Assembly (NCBI GenBank): GCA_965219415.1
Contig: CBDCNP010000001.1
Location: 128,001-192,000, forward strand
DNA length: 64,000 nucleotides
Reading direction: 5' to 3'
Origin: Candidatus Marinacidobacterales bacterium
GTDB taxonomy: Bacteria > Acidobacteriota > Vicinamibacteria > Marinacidobacterales > DATDRI01
Below, one piece after another: positions 21,454 through 30,402 of this stretch. The position numbers and the translations under genes are program-made. Numbering within the stretch: the first letter of the stretch is position 1; every line of letters starts with the position of its first letter. The notes under the pieces are model-generated. The model was given only the letters and a program-made list of their open reading frames with translations, had not been told where the DNA came from and searched no databases.

Positions 21454-21951
21454 TTAAGTCCCAGCCGCGACTAACATCGCCTCGATCCTCTCCTCCGAGT
21501 AGCTCAAGAGCCGGCCCATTTCCCTCGCAATGTTCAGGCGCGCCTCTCCTTCATACTTCCCGTCGGCAATGAGCTTTTCTGTTTCCGCCTTCAGCGCCAT
21601 GTATTCCTCTTTGACCGGATCCTGGTAGATGAGAAGCACGTGCTTTCCTTCCGTAACGGACGCGGGAAAAAGGTCGGTTACCAAGAAATCGGTCTCGCGA
21701 TGGAGCTTAACGCGGTTCCGAGCGGCGATTTTCGTCGCCTCATCCATCAAGGCGTCCATCTCTTGAGACGTCATGGGGGAGCTCAAGGCCAGCTTCTTGA
21801 CGCCCCCGCCGACGACCTCGGAAAAGGCCCCGATTCCACCCAATCGATAGGACCGCTTGTCGATTCCATCAGATTCACCCTGGTGCTGGGGCGCCGTCAG
21901 ACGCACGAACCCGAGAACGAGGAACGGCACTAGCAAAGTTATCGTCTTCAT
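21454..21951 (-). CDS. Exported hypothetical protein
   Basis: GGGAGG RBS, signal peptide, 165-aa ORF. Confidence 0.7.
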   Translation of the reverse strand: MKTITLLVPFLVLGFVRLTAPQHQGESDGIDKRSYRLGGIGAFSEVVGGGVKKLALSSPMTSQEMDALMDEATKIAARNRVKLHRETDFLVTDLFPASVTEGKHVLLIYQDPVKEEYMALKAETEKLIADGKYEGEARLNIAREMGRLLSYSEERIEAMLVAAGT

Positions 21952-22097
21952 AACTTCTCGACCTCCCTAGGGATCGACTCGCGACAAGCCGATTCGGGCC
22001 CAATCGTAGCACGCGCCCTTATTGGAGCTGTGCCCGGACCAAACTTGGGGGAGGGAACGCCGAATGCCGAAGTTGGATTAACGAGGTAGGCTTTGGG

Positions 22098-22565
22098 CTA
22101 CCAGACGATCCGATTGGGCCTCATTCCTCCGCAGCCGTTATTCGCGAAGGACCTGCCGCATCCGCCGGTGTAGCAAGTGTCACCGCTGAAACCGTCCGGG
22201 TTCACGAAACTGGTCCACTTGATAACGGCTGCACGCACCGCCGGTGCGTCGAAGCCACGCTCCGCAATAAGGTGGTGGGATAAGCCCCAGACGGTCCGAG
22301 AAAGGTTGCAGACGCAGCAGCAGGTGTACGCCGAGTTGTTCGTGCAACACGCGGCGGGGAGACTGGAGAGCGCTTCCCTCTTTACGGCTTCTTGCTCGGG
22401 GGTGAGCTCGATGGTCTGGAAGTAGCCCATAAACTCCTTGGTGTGTTTGCGGGCGTCGGTGAACTCGACTTCGTCGCGCTCCTCGTTCCGAGCCTGAGAA
22501 CTACCCATGGCGACTAGCACCAACAGCGAGCTCGCGAGCAAAACCCGTAGCAATCCGAACTTCAT
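22098..22565 (-). CDS. Exported Cys-rich hypothetical protein
   Basis: Signal peptide. Nine Cys in ACC...CCCVC...CY.GGC...GCGGM. Confidence 0.75.
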   Translation of the reverse strand: MKFGLLRVLLASSLLVLVAMGSSQARNEERDEVEFTDARKHTKEFMGYFQTIELTPEQEAVKREALSSLPAACCTNNSAYTCCCVCNLSRTVWGLSHHLIAERGFDAPAVRAAVIKWTSFVNPDGFSGDTCYTGGCGRSFANNGCGGMRPNRIVW

Positions 22566-22744
22566 CGACTTTTTCCTTTCCTTCAGGGAAGTTATCTAGG
22601 TATTGTCGCACGAAACGGCGACGACGCCCAACTCCTCCCTTGACGTAACCCCAGGCTTCCCCCCCCATGAGTTTTTTGGGCTAAGATACGCGGCTCGAAA
22701 CCGAGACTCGAATACTCTTAGCACTCTTAGCAGGGAGAAATAGG

Positions 22745-23902
22745 TTGAAGCTCACGATCAGAAATATTTCCTCGTTTGCCCTAATTGCCTTCTTATATGT
22801 CAGTTGCGGAGATGACACTCCCACGGGGCCTACACCCAGCACCTCGCCCGCACCCACGGGGAGCGACGGCGCCCTGTCCGGCCCGATCGGGGCCCTTGCG
22901 CTGCAACCGCTAACCACCATCGCAGAGATCATCGAGGACTTCGATAATCTCCGCAAGACCGAAGTCACCATACAGGGACGCGTGACCGAGCAGCTTGCGA
23001 ACGGCGATTACCTGATTACGGACGGCACCGGGTCGATCCCTGGGGATTTCAGCGACACACCCCCACCACCCCTGAACACCCAGCTCCGTTTCATCGGTCA
23101 GGTGATCAATGGTGGCGCCAATTTCCCAGCCAAGATCGATGTCGCCTATTGGGATGACCTGAAGAATTTCAACTGCGACATTCTCACCGACGCTCGGCTT
23201 CGTTTCACCGACCCCGGCTTCAAGCTGGGGAACATCGTGGGAGCCTATTTGAAGTATTCAGGGGTGCCGGCGGGAGAAAAGATCTTAGAGATGATCTGGG
23301 ACGAGGGGAATCCGAGCGGAGACGTGGACAAGTTTCCAGTAGGCCAAGGACAGCCCCAAGGGGACGGGACGTTCTTGTTGGAAGGCATCGTGACGCACGA
23401 GTACCCGAACGTCACGAAAACAGAAACGAAAAAGGTTCGCGCGAATCTTACCATCGAGGGCGTTGATGGTCGATGCTCTCGCGTCAGAGACACAACCGTC
23501 AGTCCTGGCGACGGACCGGATAGTGCCGCGGGTGGGTCGCTGCGAGTGCAAGTCGACAATCCAGTGAAGTCCGGAGGCGAGTTCGAGGTCCGCGCAACGG
23601 TCAAGAACCTCGTCACGGTGCCGATTAGTGTCGACCTCTTGTTTAGAACGCCGAACGACTCGACGTACAACGCTCAAGCGCTGGCTCCCGATTGCAAGGG
23701 GATCAATGGCGATCTCATCGAGTGCACCATTGGGAAAATCGATCCCGGAGATGGTCTGTCGAAAGTCGTGACTTACGAGGCGCCTGAGGTATCGAAGGAC
23801 CGTGAGATCAAGGGCTCGGTGACGCTCGTGGTCGGGGAGTTCGCGCCGATCGTCAACTACTTCACCGTGGTCGAAGTGCCAAAAGCCTCGCCGGCCAACT
23901 GA
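22745..23902 (+). CDS. Lipoprotein with OB-fold-like and Ig/PKD-like domains
   Basis: Lipobox YVSC-G, Pro/Thr linker, V.IQG.V......Y.ITDGTG OB-like segment, beta-rich C-terminus. Confidence 0.7.
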   Translation: MKLTIRNISSFALIAFLYVSCGDDTPTGPTPSTSPAPTGSDGALSGPIGALALQPLTTIAEIIEDFDNLRKTEVTIQGRVTEQLANGDYLITDGTGSIPGDFSDTPPPPLNTQLRFIGQVINGGANFPAKIDVAYWDDLKNFNCDILTDARLRFTDPGFKLGNIVGAYLKYSGVPAGEKILEMIWDEGNPSGDVDKFPVGQGQPQGDGTFLLEGIVTHEYPNVTKTETKKVRANLTIEGVDGRCSRVRDTTVSPGDGPDSAAGGSLRVQVDNPVKSGGEFEVRATVKNLVTVPISVDLLFRTPNDSTYNAQALAPDCKGINGDLIECTIGKIDPGDGLSKVVTYEAPEVSKDREIKGSVTLVVGEFAPIVNYFTVVEVPKASPAN

Positions 23903-24044
23903 TTCAACGAATTGAAGCGCGCGCCGAAGGGGGCGGGTCCGCCCGTCCCTCTAGGATGGCACGATCTGTCCACCTTCATGGACAAAGCGCTTGGGCTGGG
24001 CGCTTTAACCCCAACAACGGGTTGACCTACTCAGACGGTCAACC

Positions 24045-24060
24045 TGGCATCGGTGATGCA
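24045..24060 (+). promoter_or_regulatory. Putative sigma54 promoter of the PEGA gene
   Basis: TGGCATCGGTGATGCA (GG-N10-GC), 30 nt before the ATG. Confidence 0.6.
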
Positions 24061-24090
24061 TAGGGGTACCGACCAAAGGGGGTTTTAGCC

Positions 24091-24768
24091 ATGAGATGGG
24101 TTCTTTCGATCTGCCTGGTCCTCACATTCAGCGTCCAAGCCTCTGCCCAATTGTCTTTCAGCAAGGTCGAAGCGCGCACCGGTTTCGGCCTGGCCGAAGA
24201 GGGTGACAAGGGCAACCTGGTGCTGGACAACGACACGATCCGCCTCGTCAAGAAGAACGGGATGGAGTATTTCTCTCTTCCCACCGATGCGGTGACCGAT
24301 ATGTTCTATTCGCGCGTCTCGGGACGGCGGATCAAGACCGCGATCTTCGTGTCGCCGCTGCTGCTTCTCACCAAGGGTCGGAAGCACTACGTGACGATCA
24401 CGTTCGATGATCCTCAGGCGAGCGGGGCCGTCGAGCTCAAGCTCGACAAGAAAAACTATGTGGGCATCCTTCGGAGCCTGGAACAGGTGACGGGCATGTC
24501 CATGCAGTACGAACAAGAAGGCATCAAGGACACGGAACAAGGGGTCGCCGCCCGCAAGCGGGCGGTGCTCGACATCTCTTCCAACCCAGAAGGGGCCGAC
24601 ATCGAGATCAACGGTGGCTTCAAGGGGAACACGCCGGACATGACGAGCGTTCAGGCGGGCGAGTATACGGTCCGCGTGATTAAGGCGGGCTACGAGCCTT
24701 GGGAACGCCGCATCGTGCTCGATCCGGGGGAGAAAGTTAACATCCAGGCCGATCTAACAAGACAATAG
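24091..24768 (+). CDS. Exported PEGA domain protein
   Basis: C-terminal ISSNPEGADIEING...G.TP...GEY.V...KAGY..W. Confidence 0.85.
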   Translation: MRWVLSICLVLTFSVQASAQLSFSKVEARTGFGLAEEGDKGNLVLDNDTIRLVKKNGMEYFSLPTDAVTDMFYSRVSGRRIKTAIFVSPLLLLTKGRKHYVTITFDDPQASGAVELKLDKKNYVGILRSLEQVTGMSMQYEQEGIKDTEQGVAARKRAVLDISSNPEGADIEINGGFKGNTPDMTSVQAGEYTVRVIKAGYEPWERRIVLDPGEKVNIQADLTRQ

Positions 24769-24777
24769 TTGGGAGTA

Positions 24778-24805
24778 CCGGCCGCGTCGAGAGTGCGCGG
24801 CCGGC
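24778..24805. terminator. GC hairpin between convergent genes
   Basis: CCGGCCGCG...CGCGGCCGG. Confidence 0.5.
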
Positions 24806-24810
24806 ACAAC

Positions 24811-26103
24811 CTAGTGAGCCCGGATGTCGTAGCTGTACAGCCGGCCCTGCTCGCGCAAATAGAGGCGGCCCCCACTCACAACGGGGTGAGGCCAGCTGGG
24901 ATCATCCACGTCCGGGATTTCGAATGAACCACACTCCCGGTATTCCTCGGGCGTGGCGTCGATAAGTAGGACTAGGCCGTTTTGGTAGCGGAAATACAAA
25001 CGACCGTCGGCATAAGCAACGGCAGCCGAGTCGCGGCCTTCATTTCTTACCGGACCCCAGGCAACTTCTCCGGTCTCCAAGCGAACACTCAACGGATAGC
25101 CGCGATTGTGGCCGGTGCCGGTGTAGATGTATCCGTCGAGAAGAATGAGCCCTCCATGATGGTTTTGAAAGGTGTCAGCGGGGAGGAAGTACACCTCTTC
25201 GGCGCGGACCCCTTCGCCATTTCGCGACAGCTTCAAGAGTGCGGCGCCGGTTTGGTAGCCGGTCGACCCAAATACGTAATCACCGGTCACGATGGGAGTG
25301 GTGATGTTGGCGACCTCGTTGGCGATTCGGTTATAGCCCCATAGAAACTCGCCGTCCTCGGCGCGAATACCTACGAGGCCGCGTCCCATGAGCTGAACGT
25401 ACTGCTTCACACCAGCTCCGTGCGAGATCACAATCGAACTGTAGCCGGCGCCATCACTTCCCTGCTCACCGATTCCGGGCATCGATGCCCGCCAGATTTC
25501 TTCGCCACTTGTTTTGTCCAGTGCCACCATGACCGCGTTCGGCGCGCCCGGCGTCACGACGACGCGATTGCCATCGACGAGAGGTGATTCTGCGAATCGC
25601 CAGTTCACACCCCGGGCAATCATCATGAACCCACCGAAATCTTCCGCCACGTTACGTTGCCACACCACCTCGCCGCTATCCGCCTTCAAGCAGGCAAGGG
25701 TTCCTTCCGTGCCGTAGGCGTATACCCGGTCGCCATCGACCGTCGGCGTCGAGCGCGAGCCTGGATAGAAACGCGAGTCAGACCAGCTTTCGCCTATCGA
25801 GGTTTTCCAAAGGAGCGTCCCGTCATCATCGTTGATGGCAATTACGAATTGCTCATCGCCGAAGTCGCCCATGGTGAACACACGACCGTTGGCAACCGAG
25901 ACACTCGAGAAGCCGCGACCCAGACCCTCCGCCGTCCAGACACTTGGAGGACCACCCTCGGGCCACTCCTCGAGCAAGCCGCTCTCGGGCGATTTTCCAT
26001 CGCGATTCGGTCCGCGCCATTGGGGCCACTCTGCAAGAACGGAACCGGACAGGAACAGGCTAAGGCAGACGAGGAGGATGCCGCTCGGGATCCAACGCTT
26101 CAT
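24811..26103 (-). CDS. PQQ-binding-like beta-propeller repeat protein
   Basis: WPQWRGPNRDG, G.GFSS, RSTPTVDG, ESPLVDG, NHHGG and W.HPV motifs. Confidence 0.88.
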   Translation of the reverse strand: MKRWIPSGILLVCLSLFLSGSVLAEWPQWRGPNRDGKSPESGLLEEWPEGGPPSVWTAEGLGRGFSSVSVANGRVFTMGDFGDEQFVIAINDDDGTLLWKTSIGESWSDSRFYPGSRSTPTVDGDRVYAYGTEGTLACLKADSGEVVWQRNVAEDFGGFMMIARGVNWRFAESPLVDGNRVVVTPGAPNAVMVALDKTSGEEIWRASMPGIGEQGSDGAGYSSIVISHGAGVKQYVQLMGRGLVGIRAEDGEFLWGYNRIANEVANITTPIVTGDYVFGSTGYQTGAALLKLSRNGEGVRAEEVYFLPADTFQNHHGGLILLDGYIYTGTGHNRGYPLSVRLETGEVAWGPVRNEGRDSAAVAYADGRLYFRYQNGLVLLIDATPEEYRECGSFEIPDVDDPSWPHPVVSGGRLYLREQGRLYSYDIRAH

Positions 26104-26190
26104 GTCGGGGTCTCCTTCGGATCTCCCATCACGGCACACGGATGTTAGCGCAGGCGGGGGCACTTCGAAAGGCTCAAGGAGCCTAGGGAC

Positions 26191-27765
26191 CTAGGCAGCC
26201 AACGTATTGAAGTAGGCGAGACAGCCGAGAATGGCGAGAAAGTAGACCGCCAAAAACACGTACCACGGTAGCCAGCGTCCGATTTCCAACCCGCTTTCAG
26301 ACAAGATATGGCCGGCGACTTTTTCCGGTGGCGCGGGCACGAAGGTGCTGACGATCCACGAAACGATGGCAGCGACCACGAATCCGAAAACGTTCCACCA
26401 CATCCAGAAGATGTGTGAAAAGGCAATGGCTACTATGAGGTTGACGCCAACACCCGCGATGACGCCGATCGTCATCCCCACCCCGCTGGCCCGCCTGGTC
26501 AGGACACCCATGATGAACGCGGCGAGGATGGGCCCATAGAAGAGTGACCCGATGGTGTTGATGCCCTCGATCACCGTGTCCGAGATTGAGCCGACGGCAA
26601 ACGCGAATGCCGTGATGACGACTCCCCATACGACCGTGGTCACCTTGCTCATCACGAAGAATTGGCGTTCTGGGAGCTCTCTTCCGCGTTCGATGAAATC
26701 GCGTACGGTCGCCGCGGAGAGCGAGTTGAGTCCGGAGTCGATGCTCGACATGGCGGCCGCTAAGATGGCGGCAATGACGACCGCGCGGACCCCTTGCGGA
26801 AGGTGTAGGAGAATGAGATTCGGAATGAGGGCATCTAACTGGTCATCGGGCACCGCGGCGCGGAGCTCGGCGGAGTGGAGGTAAAGGGCGCTGGCGGCGA
26901 TACCAAGAAGCACGTACCCGAGCGTGAACGGGAACCGCGCGATCCCGTTGAAGACCAGTGACCGTCGCGTATCATCGAGTGACTTGGCGGAAAGCTCTCG
27001 CTGTACTTGGCTCTGATCGACTCCGTAGTATGAGGCGTATAGAAAGAGGCCGCCGATCAAGAATCCCCAGAAGGGTGTCCCACTGTCGCCGAATCCGGTC
27101 CTCATGTCGAGCGCCCTCCATCGCTCGGCCGGAAACAAGCTGAAGACTTCTCCCAGACCGCCCACTCCCCCGGCGGCGACCCACACGCAGGCGATCACAC
27201 CGGCCAACAAGATCCCCATTTGGATGACGTCGGAGTAGACAACGGCGGTTATGCCGCCGATCGTGTCGTAGACAATGGTTGCGGCGCCGATGAGAAGAAT
27301 CGTTGCCCAGAGTGGTATCCCCATGCATATCGAGAGGACCAGCGAGGCAGCATAGATCGCAACCCCGGTTGCGAGACCCCGACTAATAAGGAAGACGCCG
27401 CTCAAGAACTGCCGGACCGATCTGCCGTATCTCAGCTCGAGGAACTCGTAGACGCTGATGAGCTCGAGCTTCCGGAAGAACGGAATGAGGAGCGCGATGA
27501 CGACGATCATCGCGAGGGGAACCGCGAGCTCGTACTGCAGCCAGGTCAGCCCGCCGCCTTCTCTGAGCGCCACGAAGGCCGGAATCGAGATGAAGCTGAT
27601 GGCGCTTGATTGAGTCGCCATGGTGGAAATGCCGACCGCCCACCAGGGTAGGTTGCGACCGCCGACGTAGTAATCGGCTTCGCTGGTTTGGCCTCGAGCA
27701 AGATAGACGCTGAGCGCAACCATCCCGGCGAGATAAAGGAAGATAATGATCCAGTCGAGAGGAGA
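26191..27765 (-). CDS. Sodium:solute symporter (SSS family); own start apparently lost by fusion to an upstream fragment
   Basis: LDW..I..Y, DYYVGGR.LPWWA, SAISFIS.P, DQSQVQR and AAAMSS.DS.LNSL motifs. Confidence 0.9.
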   Translation of the reverse strand, partial: SPLDWIIIFLYLAGMVALSVYLARGQTSEADYYVGGRNLPWWAVGISTMATQSSAISFISIPAFVALREGGGLTWLQYELAVPLAMIVVIALLIPFFRKLELISVYEFLELRYGRSVRQFLSGVFLISRGLATGVAIYAASLVLSICMGIPLWATILLIGAATIVYDTIGGITAVVYSDVIQMGILLAGVIACVWVAAGGVGGLGEVFSLFPAERWRALDMRTGFGDSGTPFWGFLIGGLFLYASYYGVDQSQVQRELSAKSLDDTRRSLVFNGIARFPFTLGYVLLGIAASALYLHSAELRAAVPDDQLDALIPNLILLHLPQGVRAVVIAAILAAAMSSIDSGLNSLSAATVRDFIERGRELPERQFFVMSKVTTVVWGVVITAFAFAVGSISDTVIEGINTIGSLFYGPILAAFIMGVLTRRASGVGMTIGVIAGVGVNLIVAIAFSHIFWMWWNVFGFVVAAIVSWIVSTFVPAPPEKVAGHILSESGLEIGRWLPWYVFLAVYFLAILGCLAYFNTLAA

Positions 27766-27991
27766 CGGGTTCAGGCTCCGGCTCCTCAATGAATTCCACC
27801 GGCGGCGGGGCCGGCGCTTCAACCGGAGCAGGTTCAGGTGCGGAACGGTTCTTCCAGAAAAAGAAGTAGAAGCCGAGGGAGAACGCCAGTAAGCCGACAA
27901 TCGCGGCGATGGGCCAAAGTCCGGGACCCTGCGGCCCGGCGCCCCGTGGAAGCTCCTCCTGTTCGATTTCGACGTCGTCCCATTCACTCAT
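27766..27991 (-). pseudogene. N-terminal fragment of a membrane-anchored Pro-rich protein (DUF3014-like), truncated
   Basis: MSEWDDVEI...TM helix...APEPAPVEAPAPPP, then runs out of frame into the SSS gene. Confidence 0.5.
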
Positions 27992-28149
27992 ACGCAACCC
28001 ACACGCGCGCGCTCCCGGGCGGTTTCAGTATATTTCGGGACGGGAAGAGATTCCAGGCTATGGCTTGCTTCGTGCGCCTCGGCTATCTACCATGGGTGGA
28101 AGCTCGCCGGGGACACCTGCTACTTTTGGTTACGACTTGTCACATTATT

Positions 28150-28185
28150 GGATCCGACCCCTGTACTATTTTTGGATCTGACCCC
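28150..28185. repeat. GGATC(C/T)GACCCC REP-like repeats
   Basis: Two direct copies. The same unit recurs at 35996-36065. Confidence 0.65.
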
Positions 28186-28195
28186 AATGATGGCG

Positions 28196-28267
28196 CGGCA
28201 GGGGAATCGGGAGTCCCAACCTCGCAGGGCCTCACCAAGAGGCCCCACCTCCCGGCTCTTCCCGCCA
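28196..28267 (-). ncRNA. Candidate ~70-nt hairpin sRNA downstream of a sigma54-like promoter
   Basis: Outer stem GGCGGG..CCGGGAG/CTCCCGA..CCTGCC, inner GGGCCTC/GAGGCCC. Begins ~12 nt after TGGCCTGGGAATTGC (28280-28294). Confidence 0.4.
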
Positions 28268-28397
28268 GGGTTCCCATAGGCAATTCCCAGGCCATGCGGG
28301 TCGATGCCGCGATCACCCCACAAGACAAGGACTTACGTGAGGCGCATGGCGCTGGGTGTAGAGCGTCGGCGTGGGGAAAGGTCTACGCCGAATCGGT

Positions 28398-28591
28398 AAA
28401 AGGCAACAGTCGACTTTAATGCTTGATTTTAGATGTCTTTTTCACGAACATGAGGGCCGGCGGTTCAGCCCCAAACCCTGAACGTGGGGACCGGGAGCAG
28501 AGCCTGTAAATTCGGCCCCGGTCTCCACCGCCTGTAGCAGACCCCTCCTGCGAGAAATTGCCCTAAGCCGTGGCTACCGAGATCGCCTTTT
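28398..28591 (-). ncRNA. Candidate ~190-nt structured RNA of unknown class
   Basis: Ends pair (AAAAGGCGA/TTGCCTTTT), with nested helices and a branched tip. TTGACG-N18-TAAGGT upstream at 28612-28641. Confidence 0.45.
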
Positions 28592-28656
28592 GGCTTTTCG
28601 GGAACAGGATGACCTTACGCCATTCGCTTCGGTGGCGTCAAGCCGGCGGCTGGCTT

Positions 28657-28682
28657 GGTAGTGTCCTAATTAGGACACTACC
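28657..28682. repeat. Perfect 26-bp palindrome
   Basis: GGTAGTGTCCTAATTAGGACACTACC. Confidence 0.85.
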
Positions 28683-28707
28683 GCTGGCTTTGAGTAATGA
28701 TGGAGGG

Positions 28708-30118
28708 CTAGTGAACGCGCAGCTTCCGCTTCAGTTCTTCGCTGCCGGGGTCTAACTCGAGCGCGCGGGCGAACATCGTCCTCGCCCGGCTGGTCATTCC
28801 CGCTTCTTCGTAGAGCTCGCCGAGGCCCACCAGACAGTCCACGTCGAACGCGTCGATTTCGAGCGCCGCTTGAAAGTGCTCCTCGGATCTTCTTCTCCAC
28901 TTGAAGTTCTTTGCCAGTGCCTGAGCAAGGAGTTTGTGGTAAGACGGCTTGCCGGGATCGAAGCGGACGGCCTCTTCCATGAGCTCGATGGTCTCGTGGT
29001 AGTGCAAGTCACCGAAGTTGTCGTTTCGCCTCCCGATAATAGCGGGCGGCGATGTGCTCCACGGAGGATGGTGAAGTTTCTTTGGGTTTCTTGCGGAGGA
29101 ACTCCCTGGGCCTCAGATCCTCCCCGCGCACCGCTTCGGTACGCAACGAATTATCGAAACGACGGCGCTCGACGGCGTTCATGAGAGTCTTGTGGGCTTC
29201 GGTCAACTTCGACAAGATCTCTCCGAGATCGCCGCGAAGGTAGGAAAGTCGCGTCGAGCGAAGACGATCCGGATGGTATCTCTTGACCATCGTGAGATAC
29301 GCCTTTCGGATCTCTTCCTGCTTCCGTCTTTCCTTGGACCCGCGGAGACTACCGATTCAGCGAACACATCAGCCCGATTGCGGAAGACATCGCCCTGACC
29401 CTGCCGACCATTCCGGTGATCCTCGAAGGGGTCCGCCATATGGACGACCCCGAAGTGGTCCGACGCGCTCTGGGCGACCCGAAGAGCATGGTCAGCTATG
29501 CCAAGAACTTCTCGGTCGTTTCGCCGGACTTCACCTTGACTCCCGAGGAGAGCTTTGTTCTATCTCGCGTAGATGGTCAGTCGTCGACCGCGGACATATT
29601 GTCCATATCGCCGCTGGCCGAGGAGGAGACGCTTCGGTGCCTATATGCATTGGTTTGCGGGGGGTTCTTGGAGCTCGGGGGGAAGAAGCCACGAAGCGAG
29701 CGCAGGATGCGAGGACAACTGCCCGACTAGCCCTCGCAGGTAAGCATCGCTTTCACCGAGCGGCGGAAGCTCGATATCAGTAAATAATGGAAAGCACTTG
29801 CTCCGCCACCCTTACCTCCACCTCACTCTCGGTCATCAGCCCCATGTCGACGAAGGCCTCTCCCAGCCTCGTTCCCGTGTCTTTCACCTTCTGAGAGGCG
29901 AGCGCCAGATGCGAGTTCGTCATCTTCTTGCTCCGGACCAGGAACTCGCCCAATCTGTCACCGCGGTGGCTGGAGTTGGCGAAGATCATCGTGCCCTCGC
30001 CGAAGTAGATCCGCTTGCTGATTTTGTCCCGAGACAAGCTGAGGATCCCGGTGTCCCGAGAGTCGTTGATCGAGTGAATGATCTCGGGAAGGAAATCTTT
30101 GCTCAGGCTTCCCCGCAC
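28708..30118 (-). pseudogene. DUF4388 + J-domain + TPR protein with an internal inverted segment (~29322-29780) and frameshift
   Basis: N-terminal G.L...TG.L...K.IYF..G..IFA.S...RLGE.LV. Middle part reads on +. IRKAY...VKRYHPD J-motif. TPR tail. Confidence 0.8.
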
Positions 30119-30402
30119 GAAACACCTCCTACGTCGTAACAAGACTTCTTCAAACCACCGCTCGTGAGGACGAGCCGGCACCATTGCGTTTTCGGGCAGA
30201 TGAGGTGTGTCTGATTCGATACGAAGCCGTCGCTATAAAGATTCATCGGAGTCGTTGCTCTGAAGTCATAGTAGGAGAATGACAGGGGAAGCGGTATACG
30301 TCGAAACACGGGGCTTTCCCGACATCAAACGTAGGGAAAACCCCATAGGGGGGTGGGAGAACAAAGGGCTCTCCGGCAGTTGCCGAAGAGCCCTAGATGG
30401 GT

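Noticed and set aside
28196-28262. tRNA-Sec-like appearance on the minus strand (long arm then GGTTGGGACTCC)
   Set aside because: No D-arm, no TCA anticodon loop and no proper TTCGA T-loop.
28398-28591. Retron msr-msd
   Set aside because: It has terminal inverted repeats, but no reverse transcriptase is present in the window.
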